DNA of 64,000 nt from Candidatus Tayloriibacteriota bacterium (GTDB lineage Bacteria > Patescibacteriota > Minisyncoccia > Phycocordibacterales > PALSA-1337): assembly GCA_037130865.1 (NCBI GenBank), contig JBAXSG010000002.1, positions 8,066 through 72,065 of the forward strand. Reading direction: 5' to 3'. A model generated the notes under the pieces. The model had not been told where the DNA came from. It did not search any database and saw only the letters and a program-made list of their open reading frames with translations. Of the stretch, positions 10,431-20,909 are shown piece after piece. Each line of letters starts with the position of its first letter. Position 1 is the stretch's first letter. The translations under genes were made by a program, and so were the position numbers.

Positions 10431-10478
10431 AACCCCGTAAGAGAATCCCGAAAGGACCTCTTACGGGGTTCTCTTTTT
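10431..10478 (+). terminator. Intrinsic terminator
   Basis: 13-bp stem AACCCCGTAAGAG/CTCTTACGGGGTT followed by CTCTTTTT. Confidence 0.8.
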
Positions 10479-10494
10479 ATGTTAAAATAATGCT

Positions 10495-11190
10495 ATGAAA
10501 ACAGTTCTCATCACTGGAGTTGGGCGCGGCATCGGCTGTGCACTCGCGGAAAAGTTCCTTGCCGATGGTTTCGCTGTGATCGGCACATCCATGACTGGAA
10601 AGGTAGATTTCAAACATAAGAATCTGACTGTACACCAACTCGATCTGACATTACCAGAGACAATCGATCGTTGTTGTTCAGATATAACCAGAGCTTGCCA
10701 AGCGTCTGGTCGTGGCATCGACATTCTTATAAATAATTCCGGAGTTATGTTCGACGAAGACGAAACAGAGGTGGTCATCGACAAGCTTCGCAAGACATTG
10801 GAAGTGAACTTGATAGGCGCCATAGACTTTACCGAACACATTCTTCCTGTGATGAACAAGCTCGGACATATAGTCAATGTCTCTTCTTCAGCCGGATCAT
10901 TGTATGACACAGAGTCTATAAAGAGATCACGATTCCCCTATCATTATCCGGCTTACAAGATATCCAAATGTGCATTGAATATGTATACGCGTTCATTGGC
11001 TCTACGCCTCACACATGAGGATACTGGCATAATAGTCTCTGCGGTCAATCCAGGCTGGGTCAAGACAGCTATAGGTGGCGACGAGGCCGACCTGACACCA
11101 GAACAAGCCGCGGAAAACATCTATAAGCTCGCAATTTCGGTTCCAGAAACAGGACAATTTTGGTTCAATGGAGAGAAGTATCCGTGGTAA
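10495..11190 (+). CDS. Short-chain dehydrogenase/reductase (SDR)
   Basis: TGVGRGIG, LINNSG, YKISK (YxxxK), NPGWVKT. Confidence 0.92.
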   Translation: MKTVLITGVGRGIGCALAEKFLADGFAVIGTSMTGKVDFKHKNLTVHQLDLTLPETIDRCCSDITRACQASGRGIDILINNSGVMFDEDETEVVIDKLRKTLEVNLIGAIDFTEHILPVMNKLGHIVNVSSSAGSLYDTESIKRSRFPYHYPAYKISKCALNMYTRSLALRLTHEDTGIIVSAVNPGWVKTAIGGDEADLTPEQAAENIYKLAISVPETGQFWFNGEKYPW

Positions 11191-11192
11191 AG

Positions 11193-11219
11193 AAAAACCG
11201 GTCGTCGAGCGACCGGTTT
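11193..11219. terminator. Probable bidirectional terminator between convergent genes
   Basis: AAACCGGTCG-TCGAG-CGACCGGTTT hairpin with A/T flanks. Confidence 0.7.
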
Positions 11220-11226
11220 CGACCTT

Positions 11227-11844
11227 TCATTTTGGCCAGAGTTCATCTGGGTCACGATAGAACACTTGCTTGCCATTAATGTTCACAGCATGAATCCATG
11301 TCTTCACAAAAAAGACACTAACAAGATCACCGACATGGGCCACTCTTCTCGGTAGAAGACGGCGCGAAAACTCCTGACGGCTTCTATCATCTCTTTTCCT
11401 GTTGTTCCAAAAAACAGAAAAATGTAACTGACTAACCTCGGTTATCAATCCGTCACGCCGCTTGATTGGCCCATGAAAACCCTTGGGTCGCACTGGAAAC
11501 GGACCGTATTTGTTCTTCTTCAGATCGCGAACTCGTCGATTGAGCCTTTTATGAATATCCCAGTTGACGTGACCAAACCAACTCATACTGTCTTTGTCTC
11601 CAGAAACAGCGACGACAAGTGGGAACAATCCGAGGATATCACTCTTACTACAACGACCAGATCTTCTCTCACAATGCAACGCACGCAAGAGAGTGCTCGC
11701 GAAGTGTTGCGCCTCTATTTCAGATACTACCTGGGTACTTTCCTTTCTTTTAGGGAACATTTCATCAAGGAGATTTTCAACTTGTGTGGAATAAGCGTCG
11801 TCGGCTAGCATTTGAAGCAATTCCCATATTTTTTGCTGGTTCAT
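11227..11844 (-). CDS. Hypothetical basic protein
   Basis: 205-aa frame from MNQQKIWELL, preceded by AAGAAAGGG; no recognised motif. Confidence 0.6.
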   Translation of the reverse strand: MNQQKIWELLQMLADDAYSTQVENLLDEMFPKRKESTQVVSEIEAQHFASTLLRALHCERRSGRCSKSDILGLFPLVVAVSGDKDSMSWFGHVNWDIHKRLNRRVRDLKKNKYGPFPVRPKGFHGPIKRRDGLITEVSQLHFSVFWNNRKRDDRSRQEFSRRLLPRRVAHVGDLVSVFFVKTWIHAVNINGKQVFYRDPDELWPK

Positions 11845-11954
11845 ATTACCCTTTCTTGTTTTATTAAAGTTCAAACTATTTCTATTCCAAGAATATCCCA
11901 CAGCCAAAAATAATCTAGTGAGGACGTCCTAGATACCAAACAGACAAAGCTAGC

Positions 11955-12662
11955 TTATTTTTCTACTTGTTTAGACTCGTGGAAGAATAGAGGCATTTTA
12001 TCGATCGTGCCGTCTTTTATAGATTTCAAGATTTTAGACACGGACTCTATGGAATCGACCCTCGGTTCATCATTTTTCAATGCCTCATCCAAAGTAACCC
12101 ACTCATTGGTACCAAATTCGGTATGGGTCTTCAAATCTCCAATGACTTCATCTGCATAGCAAAGACAATAAATAATATCCGAAAAAAGTTCCTCACCAAC
12201 ATTCAAAATCCTTCTCTCAAAACCAAGGACTCTAAAATCCGCGCTCAGTCCAGTTTCTTCTTGAAGTTTTCGTTTGGCGCCATCGAGTACTTCTTCGCCT
12301 TTGCGGACACTGCCGCCCATGACTCCCTTCTTACCAAATGACGGATGTCTCTCGCGCACCTGATTCAATATCTGTATGCTATTTTTAGAGTTTTGGCTGA
12401 CTATTGTGATCACGTTCATCTTGAATAGGTTTGCCACCTCACCTTTGGGATTTAGAGGATATTCGTCTGCAACATGCTTTATACCAGCCGTAGATAGCGA
12501 GTACCCGTCATCCTCCTTCAAAACCAGACCTTTCTTGACCAAAAACTGCAGATGATAATTGAAAAGATCGCTGGTAATATCGCCCGGCTTCATATCGCTA
12601 TATCGAAGCTTTTGTGAGCTTAGAAGACGCGTCAGTATTTGATTTTGGATGTTTGAGGCCAT
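11955..12662 (-). CDS. wHTH-NUDIX fusion protein
   Basis: N-terminal LRYSDM...FNYHLQFLVKKGLV (wHTH); Nudix box GGSVRKGEEVLDGAKRKLQEETGL. Confidence 0.8.
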   Translation of the reverse strand: MASNIQNQILTRLLSSQKLRYSDMKPGDITSDLFNYHLQFLVKKGLVLKEDDGYSLSTAGIKHVADEYPLNPKGEVANLFKMNVITIVSQNSKNSIQILNQVRERHPSFGKKGVMGGSVRKGEEVLDGAKRKLQEETGLSADFRVLGFERRILNVGEELFSDIIYCLCYADEVIGDLKTHTEFGTNEWVTLDEALKNDEPRVDSIESVSKILKSIKDGTIDKMPLFFHESKQVEK

Positions 12663-12668
12663 TGTGGT

Positions 12669-13265
12669 CTATAATTTCTTGAGAATAAAATTGAGATAAT
12701 TTCGTGATCCTGGCTTGAATTCTTCGAAATAAACTTTGGCAAATCCGGCATCGTGTAAGATCTTTTCTATCTCATTTTTCTGATAATAAGCGAAAAGTCT
12801 CGGTTTATCAACTCCAGAGCTTATATTATATTTTTCCTCATTACCTTCTATAAGTCCAAGACCAAATACTCCATCCGTCTTTAATATTCTGTGAATTTCA
12901 GCAAGAGCTGCGGACATTGAAGCTTTCGGAATATGAAGAAGCGATGTATAAGCCCAGGCACCATCGAAACTTTTATCAGTAAAAGGGATTATCATGAAAT
13001 CTCCGACTACAGCTTCCAAACCTCTCTGTTTACACATTTCAATCATAGACAGAGATGCGTCCAGACATACGACGGAACAGCCGGCATCTTTCAAGATAAC
13101 ACCATCTCGTCCTGGTCCACTACCGACATCGAGGACTTTGCCGTGGCCAACATTTTCTGTGAATTTCGAAATTATAGTCGCTGGAAATCTCTTCCAGAAA
13201 TCAGTGGTTTCCAGATCATATTCCTTAGCGAGCTTATTGTAAGTATCTATAGTTTTGTGGTCCAT
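12669..13265 (-). CDS. Class I SAM-dependent methyltransferase
   Basis: VLDVGSGPGRD motif I; FDGAWAYTSLLH. Confidence 0.9.
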   Translation of the reverse strand: MDHKTIDTYNKLAKEYDLETTDFWKRFPATIISKFTENVGHGKVLDVGSGPGRDGVILKDAGCSVVCLDASLSMIEMCKQRGLEAVVGDFMIIPFTDKSFDGAWAYTSLLHIPKASMSAALAEIHRILKTDGVFGLGLIEGNEEKYNISSGVDKPRLFAYYQKNEIEKILHDAGFAKVYFEEFKPGSRNYLNFILKKL

Positions 13266-13276
13266 ATAAATATATA

Positions 13277-14941
13277 TTATCTATTCGTGATGTGATCAAA
13301 AGCATATCTTAGCGTCCCTCCGACTTTTTTGCCAGGGTTAAATATACCCTTCGGATCCCATATCTTTTTTACTTGTTCAAACAAACTGTAGACTTCTTCG
13401 CCGTATTGCATTTTGACGAAAGGTGTACGGATGATACCGTCATTGTGCTCACCTGTTATGGAGCCGCCGAACTTATGAACTAGCTTATAGACGCGAACGG
13501 ATAGCTCTTCGATTATCTTATGAGATTTTGGATTATGTAGATCCATAAGTGGAATGATGTGGAAATTACCATCGCCAACATGTCCAGCTATAGTATAAGT
13601 CAATCTGTATTGATCCAAAATATCATAAAGTTGTGGCAAAAATTCCGTAAGATGTTCTGGTTTGACTACAAAATCATCTATGAAAGGCGCTGTGCGTAGT
13701 TTACTTGCATGTTTGCGTAACATATTGAAGCTCTCACGACGAATCACCCAGTATTTATTGGTAGCAGCGGCAGATCTAGTCACTTCAGTGCTCATACCCA
13801 TAGCCCTGATAGCTTTCTCGGCCTGCTCAGCAGCATATACGGCTCCTTGCGGTGTATCAGAGGTGAACTCCGCCATAAGGACCATTTTCGGCACACCGCC
13901 GCGTATAACTGCCCACAGCTCAGGTAGAAAACTGATAGCCAGACGAAATATATTGCCCTTTAGTTGTCCAATTAGAGAAGGTAGAAATTTCACCGCCACT
14001 CGAAATGTGTGGTCGTCATAGGACTCGAAACTCTCTGGTCTGAACTTCATTATCTCTGCAGCTACGTGGCCTAGACTCTTCATATCCTTCAAGAAAACAA
14101 CTAGAAGTCTAGAATGTGGCTTCGGCTTTATAAGAGCAAACTCTATCTCTGTCACTAAACCCAATGTCCCCTGTGAGCCGACAATCATCTTTGTTAGATC
14201 AAAAATCTTTTCAGTACCGCTTCCTCCTAGTGCTGGTCGATCATACATGACATTCCAGAGATAATACCCGCACGAATTCTTCGAAACAGTCGGACGAGCT
14301 TTTTGTATAATATCGTAATTCGTATCTATAAGTTCATGCATCTTGCGATATATCTCGCTCTGTATATTCGGAAATTTCTTCTGTTGTTCCAATTCTTGAA
14401 GTGTTAGTGGTCTGAATTCATATTCTTTACCATCTGCCAAAACTACTTTCAGTCGACGAATATACTTCTCAGTCTTACCGTAAGTGAGCGTCTTTTCTCC
14501 ACCGGAATTATTGGCAACCATACCACCAACCGTGCAAATCTCACGCGAAGCTGGATAACTTGGAAGTATTTGACCACCGTGAGCAACGGTCGCTTTATCG
14601 AAATCTCGATAGTACACTCCGGGTTCGACGATAGCATAACCATCTCCAACTTCTTTTATATGATTGAAATATTTATTAAAATCTACTATGACCGATTGGC
14701 CAAGTGGTCCACCACTCATATCTGTACCAGCTGAGCGAGCAGTAATATTCATCGAACCTGCCAGAGAATGATCACTGACATACTGCACAAGTTTACTGAG
14801 AATATTAACATCTTTAGGCTGAGCCAATGCTTCTGGTTTCACTTCAAATATGCTCGCATCATGCGATACATTGAAAAGTGTCTGTGGAAATATATCAATC
14901 TCACATCCAGTGAGCTCTCTTATCTCTTTAGCATTGATCAC
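13277..14941 (-). CDS. FAD-linked oxidoreductase (GlcD/D-lactate dehydrogenase-like)
   Basis: ARSAGTDMSGG, CTVGGMVANNSGG, GSQGTLG, GHVGDGNFH, GEHNDG, FNPGK; GTG start. Confidence 0.9.
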   Translation of the reverse strand: MINAKEIRELTGCEIDIFPQTLFNVSHDASIFEVKPEALAQPKDVNILSKLVQYVSDHSLAGSMNITARSAGTDMSGGPLGQSVIVDFNKYFNHIKEVGDGYAIVEPGVYYRDFDKATVAHGGQILPSYPASREICTVGGMVANNSGGEKTLTYGKTEKYIRRLKVVLADGKEYEFRPLTLQELEQQKKFPNIQSEIYRKMHELIDTNYDIIQKARPTVSKNSCGYYLWNVMYDRPALGGSGTEKIFDLTKMIVGSQGTLGLVTEIEFALIKPKPHSRLLVVFLKDMKSLGHVAAEIMKFRPESFESYDDHTFRVAVKFLPSLIGQLKGNIFRLAISFLPELWAVIRGGVPKMVLMAEFTSDTPQGAVYAAEQAEKAIRAMGMSTEVTRSAAATNKYWVIRRESFNMLRKHASKLRTAPFIDDFVVKPEHLTEFLPQLYDILDQYRLTYTIAGHVGDGNFHIIPLMDLHNPKSHKIIEELSVRVYKLVHKFGGSITGEHNDGIIRTPFVKMQYGEEVYSLFEQVKKIWDPKGIFNPGKKVGGTLRYAFDHITNR

Positions 14942-14956
14942 GTTTGTATTATAGAC

Positions 14957-16852
14957 TTACTTACGACCAGCGCGCAATGCATTGATTATAGGTATGAAGT
15001 CTGTCAAGAAATTGTAAGTAGCAGCACCGGCTGGACCAAGCAGTCCTAGTCCTGGTATGCCGACAGTCACCCAGACCAACCCGAAAGCATTTGTAATACC
15101 CCATATCCAGAAACTGGCAACCATAACACGGCGGACTTTCTGTGCCATAGATATTATCTCCGGGACCCGATCTATATGATCCTTCATGATTGTGACATCG
15201 GATGCTTCTATCGCCGCATCAGCACCTATACCACCCATGGCGATGGAGACATCGGCTAGAGCTAAACTAGCAGCATCATTTACACCGTCTCCAATATACG
15301 CGACTGTACTCTTGGTAGAACTGTGTTCTTTCTCAAATTTGCGAATAAAGTCAACCTTACCTTCTGGTGTTAGATCTGAATGATAATGTCTAAGATTCAA
15401 TTCACGGGCTATAAGTGAGGCTGCCTGGCTATTGTCTCCGGTCAGCATATGCCATTCTAGTACACCAACTTTTTTAGTGTCGGTAATTATAGTTGTAGCC
15501 TGTGGACGAAGTTCATCAACATATGAAAGCAGTCCGACAACTTCCCCATTTATTGAGAGGCAAACTATACCACGGCCAGAATCTTTCTCTGTCTGAATAT
15601 CTTTCTTGACTACTGCAGAAATACGCGAACCACGCGCCTCCATGAAAGATGCGCGACCCATCAACATAGCTTCACCGTCATGACTAAAAGATATTCCTTG
15701 TCCTGGTATCTCTTCTAACTCATCCGGCAGATGCGGCTTGATACTATAAGCAACGGCATATTCCATGATTGCGCGCGAGACGGCATGTCTAGACTCGGCG
15801 GCACCACCGACAAACCTCTTGGCTATCTCTTCGCGAGTCCAGAGACCGTACATCTTCACATCCACCACCTTTGGCTTACCGCGAGTAAGTGTCCCCGTCT
15901 TGTCCGTGAGTATATACTTAACCTTAGAAAGCTGTTCGAAAGCGCTGGACCCTTTCACTATAACTCCACGCCTAGCCGCATAAGCAATAGCTGCTGTATA
16001 AGCTAGTGGTACTGCCACCGCAATATCATCGGCACAGACGACCAATAAAATAGAGAGAATTATCTTCGGGTGTATGCCATATATATACATGCCTATAGAC
16101 AAAACTAAGGATATGACTATATACCACTGCGTAAATCTATCAGCAGCCAGTTCAGATTGATTCTTATCTCGACTTGCCTCTTCGACCAAAGAAACCATTC
16201 GTGCAAGAGTAGTATCTGCACCAACTCTTTCTGTCTTTACAATAAGCGATCCGGATTCATTCATTGTCGAAGTGAAGACCTTGTCACCATTCTTCTTCGG
16301 CACAAGTTCGCTCTCACCAGTCAGAGTTGATTCATCTACTTCGGCTATACCAGACATCACAATTCCATCCACCGGGATACGATCGCCAGATTCTACCAAG
16401 ACAAGGTCACCTGTTCTGACTTGGCTTATATGTACTTCTTTTACGGTGTCACCGATACGGATTCGTACTGATTCCACATGATATTTCATAAGACTCTGGA
16501 TCGTCTTCTTGGCTCTAGCTTGAGTGATTTGATCGAATACACGAGCAAAGGCCAGCATCAGAGTGATAAATGCCGCGGAAGACCATTCATGAGATATAAG
16601 AGAAAAAGCTAGAGCTATAGTAGCTAGCATGTCTACAGATATTTTCTTTTTTACAAGAGTCTTCAGAGCACTTATAGCTACAGGTATTATTCCGAAAAAT
16701 GCCAGCGCTGCCATAACCTGATGAAGCCATGGTGTTGTAGAGAAAATTTCTGATATAAGAAGAGATCCTGTTGATACGATCAGAATAATATCAAAAGTCA
16801 TAAAGAACTTTTCTTCAAATTGAGCTAGGGTTGGAAAGTGTTTCGATGACAT
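14957..16852 (-). CDS. P1B-type (heavy-metal class) P-ATPase with atypical membrane motif
   Basis: LTGES, DKTGTLT, MLTGDN, GDGVNDA; CADD replaces CPC. Confidence 0.9.
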   Translation of the reverse strand: MSSKHFPTLAQFEEKFFMTFDIILIVSTGSLLISEIFSTTPWLHQVMAALAFFGIIPVAISALKTLVKKKISVDMLATIALAFSLISHEWSSAAFITLMLAFARVFDQITQARAKKTIQSLMKYHVESVRIRIGDTVKEVHISQVRTGDLVLVESGDRIPVDGIVMSGIAEVDESTLTGESELVPKKNGDKVFTSTMNESGSLIVKTERVGADTTLARMVSLVEEASRDKNQSELAADRFTQWYIVISLVLSIGMYIYGIHPKIILSILLVVCADDIAVAVPLAYTAAIAYAARRGVIVKGSSAFEQLSKVKYILTDKTGTLTRGKPKVVDVKMYGLWTREEIAKRFVGGAAESRHAVSRAIMEYAVAYSIKPHLPDELEEIPGQGISFSHDGEAMLMGRASFMEARGSRISAVVKKDIQTEKDSGRGIVCLSINGEVVGLLSYVDELRPQATTIITDTKKVGVLEWHMLTGDNSQAASLIARELNLRHYHSDLTPEGKVDFIRKFEKEHSSTKSTVAYIGDGVNDAASLALADVSIAMGGIGADAAIEASDVTIMKDHIDRVPEIISMAQKVRRVMVASFWIWGITNAFGLVWVTVGIPGLGLLGPAGAATYNFLTDFIPIINALRAGRK

Positions 16853-18124
16853 TTAATTTAGCTTTGTTATATCCCTTGGAAAAAATAATTGGAGCGTCCA
16901 CTCGAACATTATGCGCAAGCGTTTTTTCAATGAAGCAAACTTCGATAGATATGTAGTGCGCCATATCCACCATGCAAAACGACCTTTTATGATGCGATTG
17001 AATACTTCACCAACAGCAAACCATTTACCGACAGAGACCAAACTACCATGCGACTTATACGAAAAGGTCTTGAGTGTTTTTTGATTTATAGATGCCATAA
17101 TATTGTCCGATACAATATCAGCTTGTTGAACAGCCACTTGTGCTAACATCGGTTGAACACCAGCCGTATCACCAAGAGCAAAGACGCGCTCGTCATTGTT
17201 TACACGAAGAAAACTATCTGTATCCAGTCTGCCGTTTGTGGACATAGTCGATCCAGCATTGGCCAGACCATCACTACCAATAAAATCCAGTGTTATGGAT
17301 TTTACTCCAGCAGCCCAAATCACAGTAGAGGTAGGTATAGTGTCAGCAACAGAACCGGTGGTCAATGAAAGTGTGTGTGAGGTGACATTGATTACTCTGG
17401 CATCGAGACGGACATCAACACCTTTCGCTTTTATATGATCGAGTACAGACTTACGCAGGACTGGACTAAATTGTTGTACAAGTTCCGCGCCAGCATGTAT
17501 GAGAGTGATCTTGACTTCATTTCTATCAAAAAGGTTACTGTCAAAATAATAACGATCTACAATACCATGCACAAATTCTGTGAGTTCAGCGACAGTTTCT
17601 ACTCCAGTCGGACCACCTCCAACCACAACAAAAGATAGGAGCTGGGCACGTTCGATCGGATCATCACACATCACAGACTCTTCAAAACAATCTATGATAT
17701 GTGTGCGAATATTTACAGCATCACTTAGACTTTTCAGTGGTAAACAATATTTCTCTGCTCCTGGTATACCGTAATAATTCGTCTCGGCCCCAGTTGCGAT
17801 CACTAGATAATCATAAGGTAATGTATGTTGTGAACCAATACTAGACATATGGACTCTATGCTCTCCAAGGTCTACTGATTTGACGATCCCCTGACAAAGA
17901 GCTATGCCAGTACCAGCGAAAACTTCACGAAGCGGTTCAGCAACACTTGTAGGACTGAGCGAACCAGTGGCCACTTCATGCAAAAGTGGTGTAAACAAAA
18001 AATAATTGGTCTTATTTACGATAGTGACATCTATAAGTCCTGCTTTGACATGCTTAGCAAGCTTCTTGGCAACATAAGTACCACCAAATCCAGCGCCAAG
18101 TATAACTACATGAGGTTTAAGCAT
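16853..18124 (-). CDS. ndh: Type II NADH dehydrogenase (NDH-2)
   Basis: GAGFGG, FTPLLHEVATG, VGGGPTGVE, WAAGV, FALGD, AQVAVQQ. Confidence 0.9.
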   Translation of the reverse strand: MLKPHVVILGAGFGGTYVAKKLAKHVKAGLIDVTIVNKTNYFLFTPLLHEVATGSLSPTSVAEPLREVFAGTGIALCQGIVKSVDLGEHRVHMSSIGSQHTLPYDYLVIATGAETNYYGIPGAEKYCLPLKSLSDAVNIRTHIIDCFEESVMCDDPIERAQLLSFVVVGGGPTGVETVAELTEFVHGIVDRYYFDSNLFDRNEVKITLIHAGAELVQQFSPVLRKSVLDHIKAKGVDVRLDARVINVTSHTLSLTTGSVADTIPTSTVIWAAGVKSITLDFIGSDGLANAGSTMSTNGRLDTDSFLRVNNDERVFALGDTAGVQPMLAQVAVQQADIVSDNIMASINQKTLKTFSYKSHGSLVSVGKWFAVGEVFNRIIKGRFAWWIWRTTYLSKFASLKKRLRIMFEWTLQLFFPRDITKLN

Positions 18125-18151
18125 GTATTCATTTTAACATACTCACGAATC

Positions 18152-18907
18152 TTATAATCCCGCCAAACGGATTGCTCCAAACAAAACTGCTACACCTACC
18201 AATGTCATAAGAGTGGTTAGAAATTTCGGATGAGCATGTTGACTCTCTGGTATAAGATCGCTAGCTCCAATGTATAGGAAAAATCCAGCAAACAAAGCAA
18301 GGATGATACTGAGTCCTTGTTCTGGAACCCTGAAGAAGAGTGTCGCCACAACACCCAAAACTGGCGCGATAGCATCTGCTATAAGCCAACGAAAAGCGTG
18401 CTTGGAACCATTCCTCAAAATCATATTCACTGTGTTTATACCATCAGAGAAGTCATGTACCAAGACGGCCACTGCGACAATAGAACCGATAGCTGTCGAG
18501 ACTTGAAAAGCTAGACCAATAGCCACACCATCCAAGAAACTGTGTAGACATAAACTACCAGCACCTAGTATTCCACGCGAATGTTTATTCTCAACATGAT
18601 TAATCTCCACATGACCACTGTCATGTTCGCTTGAATGATCATGAAAATGCAAAAAGATGAGTCGATCGAGTAAGAGATATATTATAAAACCCAGCGCTGT
18701 TATCTCCAGTATTGTATTGTTTGAGAAATATTTGCTACCAAGATCTAGTGATTCCGGAATCAGATCGAAGAATGCTACAGCAATTACCGCACCAGCTGAA
18801 AAACCTAGAATAAGGTGCAGCTTGTCTTTCAATTTGAGAGCAAAAAGTCCACCAAGGAGCGTGGCAAAAAATGTAGCTATTGAGATTAAGATAATTGTAC
18901 TATTCAT
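18152..18907 (-). CDS. ZIP-family metal transporter
   Basis: His-rich loop, HSFLDG and HDFSDG, DLIPE. Confidence 0.92.
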   Translation of the reverse strand: MNSTIILISIATFFATLLGGLFALKLKDKLHLILGFSAGAVIAVAFFDLIPESLDLGSKYFSNNTILEITALGFIIYLLLDRLIFLHFHDHSSEHDSGHVEINHVENKHSRGILGAGSLCLHSFLDGVAIGLAFQVSTAIGSIVAVAVLVHDFSDGINTVNMILRNGSKHAFRWLIADAIAPVLGVVATLFFRVPEQGLSIILALFAGFFLYIGASDLIPESQHAHPKFLTTLMTLVGVAVLFGAIRLAGL

Positions 18908-20144
18908 ATCGTAATGCCTCTATCGGACTCTTCTTCGAAGCCTTACTAGCCGGATAACCACCAAATATCAATCCGATCAAAGCTGAGACTCCAAAGCCGA
19001 GTCCAGCACCTCCCCATGGAAATATGAACTGCCAGTTAACACCCAAGCCCTTCGACAAAATCAAAGCAATTATGAATGCCAGCGATGAACCTAGAATAAT
19101 GCCTATGATACCACCGAGAATTGTCAGCATAACCGCTTCTATCAAGAACTGCCACAATATATCTCCATCTGTAGCACCAAGCGCCTTGCGTAGTCCGATC
19201 TCGCGGGTTCTCTCTGTTACCGCGACGAGCATTATATTCATGATGCCGACACCACCAACAAATAGCGCAATAGAAGCCACAGCAACAAGAAACCAAGTCA
19301 AAGCTCCGGTTATAGTCGATAGACGATTGGCTAGATCCTGTTGTGTTTGTACCGTAAAGTCCTCTTTCGTCGAATCGGTTATTCCGTGCGAGTCACGCAA
19401 TGTCATACGTATATCATCTGCCGTCACGGTAACTGCCGCATCGGAAACTGCCTGGACAATGATACGTTGAAAATACTTTATACCTAGCAGATAATTCTGC
19501 GCTGTTGTATATGGGACGATAGCCATGCTGTCGAAGTTGAAGAGAGATCCCCCACCAGAAGGCGGTAATGCTGCAACAATCTTGAAGTTACGTCCTTTGA
19601 TCTTTATTTTCTGACCAACAGGATCCGCGTCAGCGTTGTCGAAGAGATGCTCAACAACTTTCGAACCAATGACCACAACATCATTGCTTGAGACTACATC
19701 ATCTTGTGTGAAGAAGGATCCATATTTAGGATTCAAGTCAAATATACTGGCCATGAGATCCGTAGCTCCAAATATACTAACCTGGTATGTATTGGCTTCA
19801 AATGAAGCTATATCAGCACCCAAGACTGTCGGCATTATGGACTTTAGGCCTGGGACATTGGCCTTATTCTGCAATGCCACAAGATCCTTCGGCTTCAAGG
19901 AATCACCATATAGTTGTGCAGAGTCGGATGGTCCAGTCGGTTCGCGACCAGGTATGATGGCTATTGTATTTGTGCCGAGACCTTGAACCTGTCCCAAAAT
20001 AAGATCTTGCGCACCAGCACCAAGCGACACCACCAACATGATAGCTGTGATACCTATCACAATACCTAGAACAGTCAGAAAAGATCGTGAACGATTTGTA
20101 GTAAGTCCCGTCAATGCTGTTTTCATTCTGTGGCGTAATGTCAT
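18900..20144 (-). CDS. MacB/FtsX-family ABC permease
   Basis: RSFLTVLGIVIGI, VTERTREIGLRKALGA, SPIEALRYE. Confidence 0.95.
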   Translation of the reverse strand: MTLRHRMKTALTGLTTNRSRSFLTVLGIVIGITAIMLVVSLGAGAQDLILGQVQGLGTNTIAIIPGREPTGPSDSAQLYGDSLKPKDLVALQNKANVPGLKSIMPTVLGADIASFEANTYQVSIFGATDLMASIFDLNPKYGSFFTQDDVVSSNDVVVIGSKVVEHLFDNADADPVGQKIKIKGRNFKIVAALPPSGGGSLFNFDSMAIVPYTTAQNYLLGIKYFQRIIVQAVSDAAVTVTADDIRMTLRDSHGITDSTKEDFTVQTQQDLANRLSTITGALTWFLVAVASIALFVGGVGIMNIMLVAVTERTREIGLRKALGATDGDILWQFLIEAVMLTILGGIIGIILGSSLAFIIALILSKGLGVNWQFIFPWGGAGLGFGVSALIGLIFGGYPASKASKKSPIEALRYE

Positions 20145-20165
20145 ATTCTTTGATAATTATCTGCT

Positions 20166-20885
20166 TTATTTAACATATTCAGCATTTATAGACATGCGAT
20201 TCTTCACCAACTGATCACTTTCTATAATACCGTCCATGAGTCGTATTATACGCTCAGCATGTTCGGCGGTGGATGTCTCGTGAGTTATGAGCACAATGGT
20301 TCTACCTTCTTCTTCATTTAGTTTTTGGAGGATAGACATGACATTTTTACCAGACTTAGAATCAAGGTTTCCTGTCGGCTCATCTGCAAATATAATGTCT
20401 GGGTTATTTATAAGTGACCGCGCTATGGCTAGACGCTGTTTTTCTCCACCAGAAAGCTCTGAGGGTTGATGATTCATACGGTGTCCAAGACCGACTGCTT
20501 CCACTACTTTCTTGGCTCGTTCATCCCATTCATTTTCTGGAACATCTGAATATACGAGTGGAAGTTTAGCGTTCTCCAGAACAGATGTGCGAGGCAAGAG
20601 ATTGAAAGCTTGAAATACGAAGCCAACTTTCCTGTTGCGTAGAGCAGCAAGTTCGTCACGAGAATAAGAACCAATATCTTTTCCGTCGAAAATAAATTTT
20701 CCACTGGTTGGATCATCGAGCATACCCAATACATGTAGAAGTGTAGATTTTCCAGATCCGGAAGGACCCATTATTGCCAAGAACTCGCCACGACGCACAG
20801 AAAAACTCACCCCATCCAAGGCTTTTGTATCAGTCTCACCATCATGATAAGACTTCTTCAGATTTTTTACTTCTATAATGTTCAT
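20166..20885 (-). CDS. ABC ATP-binding protein (MacB/LolD type)
   Basis: [25 protein letters not shown]. Confidence 0.95.
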   Translation of the reverse strand: MNIIEVKNLKKSYHDGETDTKALDGVSFSVRRGEFLAIMGPSGSGKSTLLHVLGMLDDPTSGKFIFDGKDIGSYSRDELAALRNRKVGFVFQAFNLLPRTSVLENAKLPLVYSDVPENEWDERAKKVVEAVGLGHRMNHQPSELSGGEKQRLAIARSLINNPDIIFADEPTGNLDSKSGKNVMSILQKLNEEEGRTIVLITHETSTAEHAERIIRLMDGIIESDQLVKNRMSINAEYVK

Positions 20886-20909
20886 AATAAACCAGTAAAT
20901 TGTCTCGAC

